Below, piece by piece: positions 21,298-32,465 of a stretch of 64,000 bases of DNA. Both the position numbers and the translations under genes were made by a program. The DNA is from an uncultured Candidatus Rokubacteria bacterium (lineage in GTDB: Bacteria > Methylomirabilota > Methylomirabilia > Rokubacteriales > CSP1-6), in assembly GCA_963754315.1 (NCBI GenBank), contig CAVWFS010000018.1:224001-288000 (forward strand), in the 5' to 3' direction. Position 1 is the stretch's first letter. Each line of letters begins with the position of its first letter. The notes beneath the pieces were generated by a model. The model did not search any database. It was not told the origin of the DNA and worked only from the letters and a program-made list of their open reading frames with translations.

Positions 21298-21640
21298 CCG
21301 GGGCGAGGTGTGGCTGGCTAGCCTCGATCCCCGACGGGGAACCGAGCCAGGCAAGACCCGACCTGTCCTCGTCGTCCAGGCGCAGGCGCTGCTTGACGCC
21401 AGTCACCCGTCCACCCTGGTCATTCCCCTTACCACGAGCCTGATCGAGGACGCCGAGCCGCTGCGCATCCGGGTCCCGGCGTCCCGAGGTTTGCGGCAAG
21501 CGTCCGATCTGCTCGTGGACCAACTCCGGGCCATCGACAATCGGCGCCTCATACGAGGGCCACTCACTCGCCTGTCTTCCGCCGTGATGACGAAGGTTGA
21601 GGGCGCCATGCGCGAGGTCCTTGAGTTGGCAGAGGGATAG
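21290..21640 (+). CDS. mazF: PemK/MazF-family toxin
   Basis: RGEVWLASLDPRRGTEPGKTRPVLVVQ, VIPLTT, DQLRAID. Confidence 0.9.
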   Translation: MLSRGEVWLASLDPRRGTEPGKTRPVLVVQAQALLDASHPSTLVIPLTTSLIEDAEPLRIRVPASRGLRQASDLLVDQLRAIDNRRLIRGPLTRLSSAVMTKVEGAMREVLELAEG

Positions 21641-21741
21641 GCGGTCGGCCGCGCAGCGGGCCCGCCCGGCGTGATCCTCGTGGGCAAGCGGCGCGCCGAC
21701 GAGGAAATGAGGCCCGCGTCGGCGACAACATCCTCACCCCC

Positions 21742-22870
21742 TCACGCCAGGGCGAGGTTGTAGAGCCTGGCCACGTTCTCGCGCACGATTCGCCGCTTGT
21801 CCGTCTCGGGAACGTCTTTGAAATCCCGCTCCACCACCTCGCGCGAGTGCGGCCAGGTGGAGACGGTGTGAGGATAGTCGGAGGACCACATGATGTTCTC
21901 CACCCCGATGAATTCCCGGGAGGCCACGCCGACTCGATCGTCGATGAATGTGGCGAAGATCTGGCGTCGGAAATACTCACTCGGCCTGAGCGTGAGCGGC
22001 GCTGGATAGAGATACCGGTATTCTTCCTGGGCCTGGTCCAGCTTCTGGAGGAAAAACGGCAGCCAGCCGACCTCGTTCTCGGCGGAGACAACCTTCAGGC
22101 GCGGGAAGCGCTCCAGCACGCCGGAAAAGATCAAGGTGACCAAGGTGCGCTGCACTTCGTGGCTGAGGACGGTCGAGCGGACGTAGCGATCCAGGGGCTG
22201 TTTGATGGCCAGCCGGCTCTCCGCACCCATCCCCGTGATGCTGTGCAGGCTGAGGGGCATGTTGAGCTCCTGCGCCTCGGCCCAGAACGGATCGTAGAGC
22301 GGAGGAGCTATAGGGCCGGTCTTCGGGCGGGGAGGCCCAGATGACGGCGCCCTTGAGGCCTCCCTTGGCGCAGCGCCGCAGCTCCTTCACGCCCTCATCG
22401 ATGTCGTAGAGGGAGATCAGGGCGAGGCCGGCCAGTCGCGTCGGCGCGTAGGCACAGTACTCGGCCAGCCAGTCGTTGTAGACCCGAAAACACGCGCGCT
22501 GGAGCGCCGCGTCGGTGAACCAGAACTGGCGAAAGCCGAGGGTGGTGTAGATCACGTCGGCCTCGACCCCGTCGAGATCCATGTCCTTGACGCGCTCCGC
22601 CGGGTCCCAGCCGCCAGGGCGTCCATCCTTGTACGTGGACGCCTGAAAGAACTGGGGAAGTTCCTCGGGCGTCTTCCCGGCTCCCATGCCCTGGGCGAGA
22701 TGGACGGGAGCGACTCCCTCCAACAGCAGATAGGCTCCCGGTCGTTGCCCGGGCGGGTTCTCGACGACCCGGGGCGCACGCTCGCGGAACGGCTTGTCGA
22801 TACGCTCGACCCACAGATCGCCCGGTTCGTTCACGTGAGAATCGGCGGAGATCAGCTTCACCTCACCCAT
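21742..22870 (-). CDS. Amidohydrolase family protein (frameshift near 22300)
   Basis: ISADSHVNEP N-terminus; FSGVLERFPRLKVVSAE, MWSSDYPH and ENVARLY in a second frame. Confidence 0.85.
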
Positions 22871-22908
22871 GCCGCACCTCCAGCGGGAGCGCTACGCTCC
22901 GCCTGGCC

Positions 22909-23899
22909 TCACTTCTTGATGAGCTGCTTCAGGAGCGCGCCACCTTCTGGTAGTCCTGGTCCCACCACTTCTCGAAGTCCTCGCCGCTCATGTACTGGAC
23001 CCGCTCCCCCAGCTTGCCCATCAGGGACTTGAACGCCTCGTCGTCGACCATGCCCTTCAGCCCCTGGCGCAGCTTGGCGACCACCTCGGGAGGTGTCCCG
23101 GCGGGGACCATCAACGTGTGCCAGATGGAGTGTGTCACGTCGTAGCCCAGCTCCTTCAGGGTGGGGACGTCCGGATAGGCGGGCAGGCGCTTGTCCGATG
23201 TCATGGCCAGCAAACGGATCTTGCGCGCCTCCACCTGGGCGGCGCACACGGCCGGTACCACACAGTGGCTGATGTCGACGTGCTTGCCGAGCACGGCCAT
23301 CATGATCGGGCCACCCCGGTGGTGGGCATGTGGCGGGCCCGCACGCCGGTGGCCTTCAGGATCTGCTCCCACATGAAGTGCGTCGTGCTATAGACACCGG
23401 CGGAGGCGTACTGGAACTCGTCGGGCTTCTGCCGCGCCTCGGCCACGAACTCCTGGAACGTCTTCCAGCGAGACTCGGTATTCACCATGACGGCGAACGG
23501 CGTCACCGTGACCTGCCCGATGGGGATGAACTGCTCCTTCTTGAAGGCCGGGGTCCGCCCCAGCATCTGATCGACCTGGGGCAGCTCGGTCAGCACGTTG
23601 AGGCCGTGCAGGAGCGTATACCCATCCGGCTTGGCATTGGCCGCGTACTGGGCGCCGACGGCCCCACTGCCGCCCGCCTTGTTGATGACGACCATGGGCT
23701 GGCCGAGGTGTGTATGAGCGACGCTGGCCAGCGGGCGCGCGACGGTATCCGTCCCGCCGCCAGGCGGAAAGGGAACGACCAAGGTGATTGGCTTCGTCGG
23801 GAAGGCCGCGGCGGCAGGTACGAGAAGGCTCGCGCCGGCCGCCAGGGTGGCGGCGAGGATCGCGCCGATGACGACGAAGGGTCGAGCGTTCAGCATCAT
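22909..23899 (-). CDS. tctC: Tripartite tricarboxylate transporter substrate-binding protein (Bug/TctC), frameshifted
   Basis: FPTKPITLVVPFPPGGGTD, INKAGGSG, AKPDGYTLL, PDVPTLKELG, PAGTPPEVV; frameshifts near 23310 and 22935. Confidence 0.85.
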
Positions 23900-25443
23900 C
23901 CTCCTCCTTTCGCAGTGAGAGGGCCTTGGGGTAGGGCTTGGGTGGGCTTCTCACCGCGCCGCGCCTGCGCATGCTTCAGGGACGAGACCACGTGAGCGAC
24001 GAGGATCAGGACGGCCGCGCTCAGCATCACCGCCGAAATGGGCCGGCTGACAAAGATCCCGAACTCGCCCCGGGACATCATGAGCCCCTGCCGGAGGGCC
24101 TGCTCCATCATGGGCCCCAGCACCATGGCCAGGACGATGGGCGCCGTGTCGAAGCCGACTTTTCGCAAGAGATAGCCGGCCACCCCGGCGATCCCCATGA
24201 TCCAGAGGTCGGTGACGCTGAGGTTGACGCTGTAGACGCCGACGAAGCAGACGAGCAGGATGCCGGGGAAGAGAAAACGCTGGGGCACGCGCAGAAAGTT
24301 GATGAACAACCCGACCAGGGGAAGGTTGAGAACCAGGAGCATGACGTTGCCGATGTACATGCTGGCGATCAGCCCCCAGAACACCTCGGGTCGCTGCTCC
24401 ATGAGGACGGGTCCCGGTTTCACGCCGTGGATCAGCAGCGCGACCATCATGGTGGCCGTGGCCGGCGATGACGGAATGCCCAGGGCCAGGAACGGGATCA
24501 TGGCGCCGCCGGTGGCGGCGTTGTTCGCCGACTCCGGCCCCGCCACCCCTTCGATGCGTCCAGTCCCGAACTCTTCCGGGCGTCCGGACAGGCGTTTTTC
24601 CATCGCATAGGAGACGAAGGTCGAGATGACATGGGCCGCGCCGGGAAGGATGCCGATCAGGAACCCCACCCCCGAGCCGCGGACGATGGGCCCGAGCGAG
24701 CGCTTCCAGTCCTCGCGCGTGGGCAGGAGCGCGGAGAGCTTCGGCTTGATGACGTCCCGCACCGCCGTCTGCTCGATGGTGGTCAGGATCTCCGCCACCC
24801 CGAAGAGGCCCATGGCCACCGCCAGGAAGCTGACTCCATCGCCAAGGTCGGCGCGGCCGTGGGTGAACCGCGCGAAGCCTGACAGGTGGTCGATACCGAC
24901 CATGGCCAGCCCGAGCCCGAGAACGATCATCATCAGAGCCTTCAACACCGATCCAGTCCCCATGTAGGCCAGGATCACGAGACCCAGCACCATGAGGGAG
25001 AACTGCTCCGGGGGCCCGAACTTCAGCGCCAGGCGAGCCAGGAGCGGGGCCAGCAGCATCAAGCCCAGCACGCTGAGCGTCCCCGCGATGTAGGAGCCGA
25101 TGGCGGCAATCGACAGCGCCGGTCCGGCCCGCCCCTGGCGCGCCATCTGGTAACCGTCCAGACAGGTCACCACTGAGGCGGCTTCGCCCGGAATGTTCAC
25201 GAGGATCGACGTGGTGGATCCTCCATACATGGCGCCGTAGTAGATCCCGGCCAGCATGATGATGGCGGACACGGGCTCCATCCCGAAGGTGGTGGGGAGC
25301 AGGATGGTGATGCCACCCAGCGGGCCGATCCCGGGCAGGACGCCCACGATTGTTCCCAGCAGGACGCCCAGCGCGCAGTACAGGAGGTTGGTCGTGGTCA
25401 GGCTGACCGAAAACCCGTAGAGGAGACTCTGCCAGGCATCCAT
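23896..25443 (-). CDS. tctA: Tripartite tricarboxylate transporter permease TctA
   Basis: GTIVGVLPGIG, YGGSTTSILVNIPGE, GPESANNA. Confidence 0.95.
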   Translation of the reverse strand: MDAWQSLLYGFSVSLTTTNLLYCALGVLLGTIVGVLPGIGPLGGITILLPTTFGMEPVSAIIMLAGIYYGAMYGGSTTSILVNIPGEAASVVTCLDGYQMARQGRAGPALSIAAIGSYIAGTLSVLGLMLLAPLLARLALKFGPPEQFSLMVLGLVILAYMGTGSVLKALMMIVLGLGLAMVGIDHLSGFARFTHGRADLGDGVSFLAVAMGLFGVAEILTTIEQTAVRDVIKPKLSALLPTREDWKRSLGPIVRGSGVGFLIGILPGAAHVISTFVSYAMEKRLSGRPEEFGTGRIEGVAGPESANNAATGGAMIPFLALGIPSSPATATMMVALLIHGVKPGPVLMEQRPEVFWGLIASMYIGNVMLLVLNLPLVGLFINFLRVPQRFLFPGILLVCFVGVYSVNLSVTDLWIMGIAGVAGYLLRKVGFDTAPIVLAMVLGPMMEQALRQGLMMSRGEFGIFVSRPISAVMLSAAVLILVAHVVSSLKHAQARRGEKPTQALPQGPLTAKGGG

Positions 25444-25453
25444 GCGCGACCCG

Positions 25454-25900
25454 TCAGAACGGCACGATGCCGGACGGCAAGGCGATCCGGAGCGCGCGGC
25501 TGAACACGACGTACGACAGTAACGGTTCCGACCAGCGCTCCCACCACGACGGTGGCCCAGCTCTTCGTCCCCAGCGCTCGCATGGCCACCCCGAGAAATA
25601 ACGCCATCGCGATGGGGAACCCGGCCCGCTCGAAGAGCCACACCGCGGCGACGAGACTCCCTACCAGGTAGAACACGGCGGGCTGCTCTGGCCACAGCCG
25701 CTTCGAGTCGGGGGCCGGGCTGGCGAGGCTCTGCACCAGGAGCATGATGGAGAGGACGCCCAGAGTCAGACCGAGAAAGAGTGGAAAGAAGCCCGCCCCC
25801 GGCATGCGAAAACTCCCGAGCGGAACCTGGAGCGCCTCGACGCAGATCCACGCGCTCAGAAGCAAGAAGGCGCCAGCCACCGAGCTAGCCTTGGAGTCAC
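25454..25900 (-). CDS. tctB: Tripartite tricarboxylate transporter TctB (frameshifted)
   Basis: PGAGFFP motif, four hydrophobic segments, C-terminal ALPSGIVPF*; directly upstream of tctA. Confidence 0.75.
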
Positions 25901-26968
25901 TTGCTCCTTGAGCCTGATGTCTTCGTAGGGGGCCGTGCCCGCCATGTTGGTGCTCAGGTGCCATAGAGCGGGGCGGGCCAGTAGAAGTCGAAGCTCTGCG
26001 GAATGATGCTGGCCGTGACCTTCGAGAGCCCGAGGGTCTCGGCCTGATTGATGGCCGCGCGGTCGATGGCCAGGTTGGCGGCGAGGCGCACGCGGCGGTC
26101 CGCCCAGGGCGATTTGGGATCCCACTGCTCGGCGAAGAGGAGCCAGCTGCGTGACGGGCAGGTACGTCGGTTTGAGCGTCAATCCTGGCGTCCGCCGCAG
26201 TTCCTCGGCCAGCGGTCCGCGGAACAGGGTCGAGATGTCGGCCTCGCCGCGCTTGAGCATGGCTAGGCGCGTGGCTTCGTCGGGGACTGACTTGATCACG
26301 AGATGCTTGACACTGGGGGTCTTGCGCCAGAATTGCTCGTGAGCTTCCAGCACCAGCTCCACACCGGGCTTGTAGGCGACGAACTTGTAGGGACCGGCGC
26401 CGACCGGCGCCTTCTTGAAGCCATCGTCGCCCACGCGCTCCACGTACTTCTTGGGCACGACCCAGCCGGCCCCGGTGGCGGGTGTGCCGTAAAAGGTCAT
26501 GAAGTCGGGCCAGGGCTGCCTGAGACGGAAGCGAATCCGTCCGGGGTCGACGACCTCCACGGCGGCCACGCGAGCGCGGTAGGTGGCGGCCGCCGCCCCC
26601 TTGTAGCGGTCGAACGAGAACTTCACGTCCTCCGCGGACAGGGTGTCGCCGTTGTGAAACTTGACCCCCTGGCGCAGGACGAACTCATAGGTGAGCCCGT
26701 CTGGCGACGTCGTCCACGACTCCGCGAGGCTGGGCGCCAGGGGCTTACCCGGCATGGGCTTCACCACGGCGTCGTGGAGGGCGTAGTAGAAGAGGTAGGG
26801 GGTGATGATGCCCTCAGCCTCGGCGGGATCGAACCAACGGGGGGCGATAGATACCGCCTGCAGGGAGACCACCTGGCCCTCGGGGGCAGCCGCGGATGGC
26901 AAAGCCCAGGCCACTGCCGTCGCGCCGATGAAGGCAAGCGCACCAAGCCGTCGACCGATTCTCGTCAT
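25897..26968 (-). pseudogene. Family-5 ABC substrate-binding protein with internal deletion
   Basis: Matches the 15313/16860 paralogs up to FYWPAP, then jumps to the terminal APYEDIRLK; roughly 150 codons are absent; also frameshifted near 26150. Confidence 0.75.
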
Positions 26969-27002
26969 CGTCGTCCTAGCCTCTGGGGATTTTTCCTTCT
27001 TG

Positions 27003-27930
27003 CTATCCTCCGGCGGCGGCGCCACGCGTGGGCACCTCGCCGACGGCGGGCCCGATCGAGGCTGCCGCCACCGTGTCGGGCACGGCGGCGCGCCCGACGC
27101 TCTGGCGCAGCTTGGGATCCAGGTGGTCGCGCAGCCAGTCACCCATCAGGTTGACGGCCAGCACGGTCAAGAGCATGGCCAGCCCTGGGAAGAGCGTGAT
27201 CCACCAGGCGGTAGCCAGGAACCCGCGCCCGTCGGCGATCATCAGCCCCCAGGCCGGATTGGGCGGCGGCACTCCCACACCAAGGAAGCTCAGGGTGCCC
27301 TCCAGGAGAATGACGTAGCCGACCTGAAGGGTCGAGATCACCAGCAGGGTGGGGACCACGTTGGGGAAGATATGTCGCGAGATGATCCAACTGCTCGATC
27401 GCCCGGCCACGACCGCCAGCGCCACGAAGTCCTGCTCCTTGATGCCCAAGGTCTCGCCGCGCATCTGCCTGGCGAAGCGCGGCCACAGGAGCAGGGCAAT
27501 CACCAGGATCACATTGCGAAAGCTCGGCTCCGACACCGCCACCAGCACGACCGCGATGAGAATTGTCGGCAGCGACAGGCCGATGTCGGTCAGCCGCATG
27601 AGGACGGCATCGGTCAGACCCCCGCGATAGCCTGAAATCAGGCCCAGCAATGTGCCCAACGTCCCGGCGAACCCGATGGCGATGATGGAGACGATCAGCG
27701 AGATTTGGCTCCCGTAGATGATCCGGCTCAGCACGTCACGGCCGAAGCGATCGGTCCCCAGCGGATGCGTCCAGTCACCTCGTTCCATCCACACGGGCGG
27801 GATCAGCTTCTGGGTGATGTCGCCCTCGGTCGGGCTATGGGGAGCCAGGTACGGCGCGAACAGCGCGGTGAGGACCAGCACGGCCAACACCACGCCGGGG
27901 AACCAGGGGATGTCGCGCCTACGCGGTGTG
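27003..27930 (-). CDS. Peptide ABC transporter permease (DppC/OppC-like)
   Basis: HPLGTDRFGRDVLSR, HIFPNVV, LSFLGVGVPPPNPAWG, NLMGDWLRD; start codon unclear. Confidence 0.88.
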
Positions 27931-28842
27931 ATGGCGGATCCTCGGGTTGAGGTAGCTATACAGCATGTCGACGAACAGATTCCCCGTGAGGTAGAGGCCG
28001 CTCAGCACGAGCACGCCGGCCTGCACAACCGGATAATCGCGGGTGGTGATCGATTCGAGGATCAGCCGCCCCAGACCTGGCCACGCAAACACGGTCTCCG
28101 TCACCACAGCGCCTCCCAGGAACTGCACGAAGAGCATGACGGCAAAGGTGGTGACGGGGAGCAGGGCGTTCTTCAGACCGTGCTTCCAGAGCACGACCTG
28201 TTCGTGCAGACCCTTGAGGCGGGCAAACTTGATGTAGTCCGAGCCCAGCACCTCCAGCATGGCCGATCGGGTCAGGCGCAGGATGGCCGCTGAGGTGAAA
28301 TACCCCAAGGTGAAGGCGGGGAGGATCAGGTGCTGCAGGCCGCCACGGCCGCCGGCCGGCAGCACCCCCAGCACGACCCCGAAGAACAGGATCAGCATCA
28401 GCCCCAGCCAGAAAGCGGGCATGGACTGTCCGAGCACGGCGAACACCCGCGCCCCGGTGTCGAGGGGTCGTCCCCGGCGCACGGCTGCGTACATGCCGAG
28501 GGGAACCCCAATGAGAACGCTCAGGAACATGGCCACGAATCCCAACTCGACGGTGGCGGGCAGGCGTTCCCAGATGTGCTCGGTGACGGGTCGCCTGGTC
28601 AGGACGGAGTTGCCGAAGTCTCCCAGGGCAATGTTCTTGACATAGAGGCCGTACTGGACCGGCAGCGGTTGATCGAGACCCAGATGGCGCATCAGGATCT
28701 CCTGATCGCGCTCGCTGGCGTTGACGTCCAGCAACAGATGCACGGGATTGCCGGACAATCGAGTTAACACGAACACGATGCTGATTACCACCAGCATGCT
28801 GAGCAAAGTCTGCAGAGCCCGTCCGACCAGGTAGCGCCCCAT
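27919..28842 (-). CDS. Peptide ABC transporter permease (DppB/OppB-like)
   Basis: GLDQPLPVQY, RLTRSAMLEVL, ARLKGL, ETVFAWPGLG, YLNPRIR. Confidence 0.95.
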   Translation of the reverse strand: MGRYLVGRALQTLLSMLVVISIVFVLTRLSGNPVHLLLDVNASERDQEILMRHLGLDQPLPVQYGLYVKNIALGDFGNSVLTRRPVTEHIWERLPATVELGFVAMFLSVLIGVPLGMYAAVRRGRPLDTGARVFAVLGQSMPAFWLGLMLILFFGVVLGVLPAGGRGGLQHLILPAFTLGYFTSAAILRLTRSAMLEVLGSDYIKFARLKGLHEQVVLWKHGLKNALLPVTTFAVMLFVQFLGGAVVTETVFAWPGLGRLILESITTRDYPVVQAGVLVLSGLYLTGNLFVDMLYSYLNPRIRHHTA

Positions 28843-28866
28843 GTCGCCCTCAGTCCTCCTCGGGCA

Positions 28867-30465
28867 TCAGCGTCGGGTCACGAACTCCCAGTTGTGAATG
28901 CCCATATGACCGGGAATCAGCGGCCACTCGCCCACCTTGGGCCCCACCCCGGCAATGGAATGGGCCGCCGCGATGCTGACGCCCGGAAGGTACTCGTAGA
29001 GCCAGGGTCCCATCTCTTCGCGCATGATCCGAGCGCGCTCGGTGGGATTCGCCTCTGTCCCCAGGCGCTCGATGAACCCGTCCAGCTTCGGATGCTCCAC
29101 CAGTAGATGCACGGCGGCCTTCGTCTGGGCGATACGCGCGAACAGTTCCCACGGCTCGGGCGCGATGATAGGTCCGGCGTAGGCCAGCGCGACCCCCGGG
29201 TATGACCGTGCCCGGAAATCGCCCGCGAACACGGCGCGGTCCACGGGGCGACGCTTGACCTTGAGGCCGATCTTCTCCCAGTAGGTCGCCACCGCCTCTC
29301 CCACATCGGGCAGAAATCCTCGCCCGGGCCAGGCCGTCAGGTTCATGGTGACCTCGAAGCCGTTCGGATAGCCCGCTTCGGTGAGCAACGCCTTGGCGCG
29401 GGCCGGGTCGAAGGGCAGCGGCTTGAGCAGGGCCTCGCTCGCCCACGGATCGGTGGGGTAATAGTTCACCGTCCCCACCGGAGTTCCCAAGCCGCCCAGC
29501 ACCTGCTGCACGATCGCCTTCTTATCCACGGCCAGATTGAGGGCCAGCCTCACCTTGCGCGCCCGCTCGGCGTCGGGCTGCGCCCACGGCACCTTCGGGT
29601 CGTAACTGGGCTTGGTCGGCCATTGCCCGCCGAGGATTACCCACACGGCCACCACGTTGGGCATGGTGAGAGTGCGCATGCCCACTTTCTTCAGCTCGTC
29701 CACGTACTCGCCGCCGACCTCGATGACATCGGCGCTCCCCGCCCGCAGCATGGCCATGCGCGTGGCCGGCTCCGGGACCTTCAGGAACACGAGCCGCTTC
29801 CAGTGCGGGACCGCGCGCCAGTGGTTGTCCACCGCCTCGTAGACGATCCGATCGCCGCGCACGTGCTCCACGAACTTCCAGGGCCCGGTGCCGATGGGGC
29901 GCCGCTCGCCCGCGTCCCCGCCGGCCTCGACGTGCTTCTTCGATTGGATGTAGGCCACGGAGGCGAACAGCCCGTGGTTGACCCGGTTACCGAAGGTCAC
30001 GAAGGGCTTCTCGAAGCGCACGGTGATGGTGTAGGGGTCGGTCACCTCCATGCTCTTGATCAGCCGAAACTCCGGGGCCAGCGAATTAGCCGAGCCCTCC
30101 TTGGCGAGGGATGTGAACGTGAACTTGACATCCTCGGCGGTCACCTCGCTGCCGTCGTGAAATCGGACGCCCTTCCGCAGATTGAAGGTCCACGTGCGGC
30201 CGCCATCGGTGACGCGCCAGCGCTCGGCCAGCATGGGGATCGGCTCGCCGGTCTTGGGATCTCGCGTGAGGAGGTTTTCGTAGAGCGGCTTGAGGACCAC
30301 GTCCTCCGCGCCCACGTACAGATTCGGCAACCAGCGCTCGTTGCCAAAGGTGGCCACCGCCACCGTCAGGGTGCCCTCCGGCCCGGCCGCGGCTGGTCTC
30401 AGCTCCATATCGCCGAACAAGACGGTCACAAGGGCCGCCGCGGTGACGACGAGTCGCGTGTTCAT
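28867..30465 (-). CDS. ABC transporter substrate-binding protein, family 5
   Basis: Signal peptide, PMLAERW, LRKGVRFHDG, PIGTGPWKF; GGAGGAGG RBS. Confidence 0.9.
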   Translation of the reverse strand: MNTRLVVTAAALVTVLFGDMELRPAAAGPEGTLTVAVATFGNERWLPNLYVGAEDVVLKPLYENLLTRDPKTGEPIPMLAERWRVTDGGRTWTFNLRKGVRFHDGSEVTAEDVKFTFTSLAKEGSANSLAPEFRLIKSMEVTDPYTITVRFEKPFVTFGNRVNHGLFASVAYIQSKKHVEAGGDAGERRPIGTGPWKFVEHVRGDRIVYEAVDNHWRAVPHWKRLVFLKVPEPATRMAMLRAGSADVIEVGGEYVDELKKVGMRTLTMPNVVAVWVILGGQWPTKPSYDPKVPWAQPDAERARKVRLALNLAVDKKAIVQQVLGGLGTPVGTVNYYPTDPWASEALLKPLPFDPARAKALLTEAGYPNGFEVTMNLTAWPGRGFLPDVGEAVATYWEKIGLKVKRRPVDRAVFAGDFRARSYPGVALAYAGPIIAPEPWELFARIAQTKAAVHLLVEHPKLDGFIERLGTEANPTERARIMREEMGPWLYEYLPGVSIAAAHSIAGVGPKVGEWPLIPGHMGIHNWEFVTRR

Positions 30466-30562
30466 ATCCGCCCTCCTCCGTCGATTCGGTGTTCGAGCGC
30501 AAGCCTGCCCGCACAATCCCTCGCGGGAGAGGTTCGAAAGAGGGCGCGCAGCCCCCGATGTT

Positions 30563-32164
30563 CTAGCGCGCCCGGGTCACATACTCCCAATTGTGAAAGC
30601 CCATGTGCCCGGGGATGAGTGGCCATTCCCCGACTCTCGGCCCCACCCCCGCGATGGCATGGGCGGCGCCGATGGCTATCCCGGGGACGTATTCGTAGAG
30701 CCAGGGGCCCATCTCGTCGCGCATGATGCGAATTCGTTCCTGGTAGCTGGCCTGGGTGGCCAGACGGTCGAGATACTCGTCGAGCTTGGGATGCTCGATG
30801 AACAGACTGAGGGCGGCCTTGGTGTGGCCGGCACGAATGAGTACCTCCCAGCTCTCCGGGGCTACCAGCGGAGCGGCGTACGCCAGCGCAACCCCCGAGT
30901 ACGCGCGCGCCCGGAAGTCCGCAGAGAACACCGCGCGGTCCACCGGCCGCCGCTTCACCTTGATGCCGATCTTCTCCCAGTAGGTCGCCACTGCCTCGCC
31001 GACGTCAGGCAAGAAGCCTCGCCCGGGCCAGGCGGTGAGATTCATGGTCACGTCGAACCCATTGGGATAGCCCGCCTCGCTCAAGAGGCCCTTGGCCCTG
31101 GCCGGATCATAGGGCAGGGGTTTCTTCAGCGCTTCCGTGGCCCAGGGATCGGTGGGATACGCGAGCCAGGACCCCACCACGGTGCCGAGCCCACCGAGGA
31201 CGCGTTGCATGATGGCCTGCTTGTCCACTGCCAAGTTGAGGGCGAGCCGAACCTTGCGGGCGCGTTCCGCGTCGGGCTGCGCCCACGGCACCTTGGGGTC
31301 GTAGGTGGCCTTGGTGGGCCACTGCCCTCCGAGGATGATGTAGACCCACGACACGTTGGGCATGAGGAGTGTCCGCACGCCTACCTTCTTCAGCTCGTCC
31401 ACGTACTCGCCGCCGACCTCGATGACGTCCACGCTACCGGCCCGGAGCATGGCCATACGCGTGGCCGCCTCGGGCACCTTCACCAGGACCAGACGCTTGA
31501 AGTGCGGCGTCGCCCGCCAGTGGTTGTCCACCGCCTCGTACACGATGCGATCGCCCCGCACGTGCTCCACGAAGCGCCAGGGGCCGGTCGCGACCGGATT
31601 CCGCTCGGCCCCCTGCTCGCCGGCGCCCTCGATGTGGCGCTTGGACTGGATGAAGGCCGACGAGGCGAAGAGCCCCTGGGTCACCTTGTTGCCGAACACC
31701 ACCGACGGCTTCTCGAAGCGCACAGTGATGGTGTGGGGATCCTCGACCTCCATGCTCTTGATCAGGCGAAATTCGGTAGCCAGGGAGTTGGCCGAGCCTT
31801 CCTTAGCGATCGAGGCGAAGGTGAACCTGACGTCCTCGGCGGTGACCTCGCCCCGGCCGCCGTGGAACTGAACCCCCTTGCGCAGGTAGAACGTCCACGT
31901 GCGGCCGCCGTCCGCCACCTTCCAGCGCTCGGCCAGCATGGGAATGAGCTCACCGGTCTTTGCGTCGCGGGACAGGAGGTTCTCGTACATGGGCTTGAGG
32001 ACGACGTCCTCGGCTCCCACGTACAGGTGAGGCAGCCAGCGCTCATTGCCGAACGTGGCTACCGCCACCGTGAGCGTTCCCTCCGGGGCGGCCTCGGCGG
32101 GCGCAACCGCCGCCCACAGAGATGCCATGACGGTGAGCGCGAGGAGCACGAACCGTTGCCTCAT
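30563..32164 (-). CDS. ABC transporter substrate-binding protein, family 5 (close tandem paralog of 28867..30465)
   Basis: MRQRFVLLALTV signal peptide; shares PEGTLTVAVATFGNERWLP and NLTAWPGRGFLPDVGEAVATYWEKIG with its neighbour. Confidence 0.9.
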   Translation of the reverse strand: MRQRFVLLALTVMASLWAAVAPAEAAPEGTLTVAVATFGNERWLPHLYVGAEDVVLKPMYENLLSRDAKTGELIPMLAERWKVADGGRTWTFYLRKGVQFHGGRGEVTAEDVRFTFASIAKEGSANSLATEFRLIKSMEVEDPHTITVRFEKPSVVFGNKVTQGLFASSAFIQSKRHIEGAGEQGAERNPVATGPWRFVEHVRGDRIVYEAVDNHWRATPHFKRLVLVKVPEAATRMAMLRAGSVDVIEVGGEYVDELKKVGVRTLLMPNVSWVYIILGGQWPTKATYDPKVPWAQPDAERARKVRLALNLAVDKQAIMQRVLGGLGTVVGSWLAYPTDPWATEALKKPLPYDPARAKGLLSEAGYPNGFDVTMNLTAWPGRGFLPDVGEAVATYWEKIGIKVKRRPVDRAVFSADFRARAYSGVALAYAAPLVAPESWEVLIRAGHTKAALSLFIEHPKLDEYLDRLATQASYQERIRIMRDEMGPWLYEYVPGIAIGAAHAIAGVGPRVGEWPLIPGHMGFHNWEYVTRAR

Positions 32165-32465
32165 GACCTCCTCCTTCTGCTTGTATGGACGGAAATCGGT
32201 CGTTCGGGGTCGTCGTACGAGACGCGCAGACGCTGCCCGGGCGGGCAGCGTGGGGCGGTGACGCGGGGGGCGCCGTCCGGGCCGGGAAAGCTTGACTTGC
32301 TCATGGGCGTCTCCACGTGGCACCTCGAGAGCCCTCGCAGCTTGGCCGGGGTGCCGGTATCCTACTCCAAGATTCCCTCGGCGACCCCCGAGACTTTTCT
32401 CTACGGTGCCCTGCGCGCTCGGACTAACTGCGACCCGGGGACGGCCGAGCCACCAGGAGGAACAG

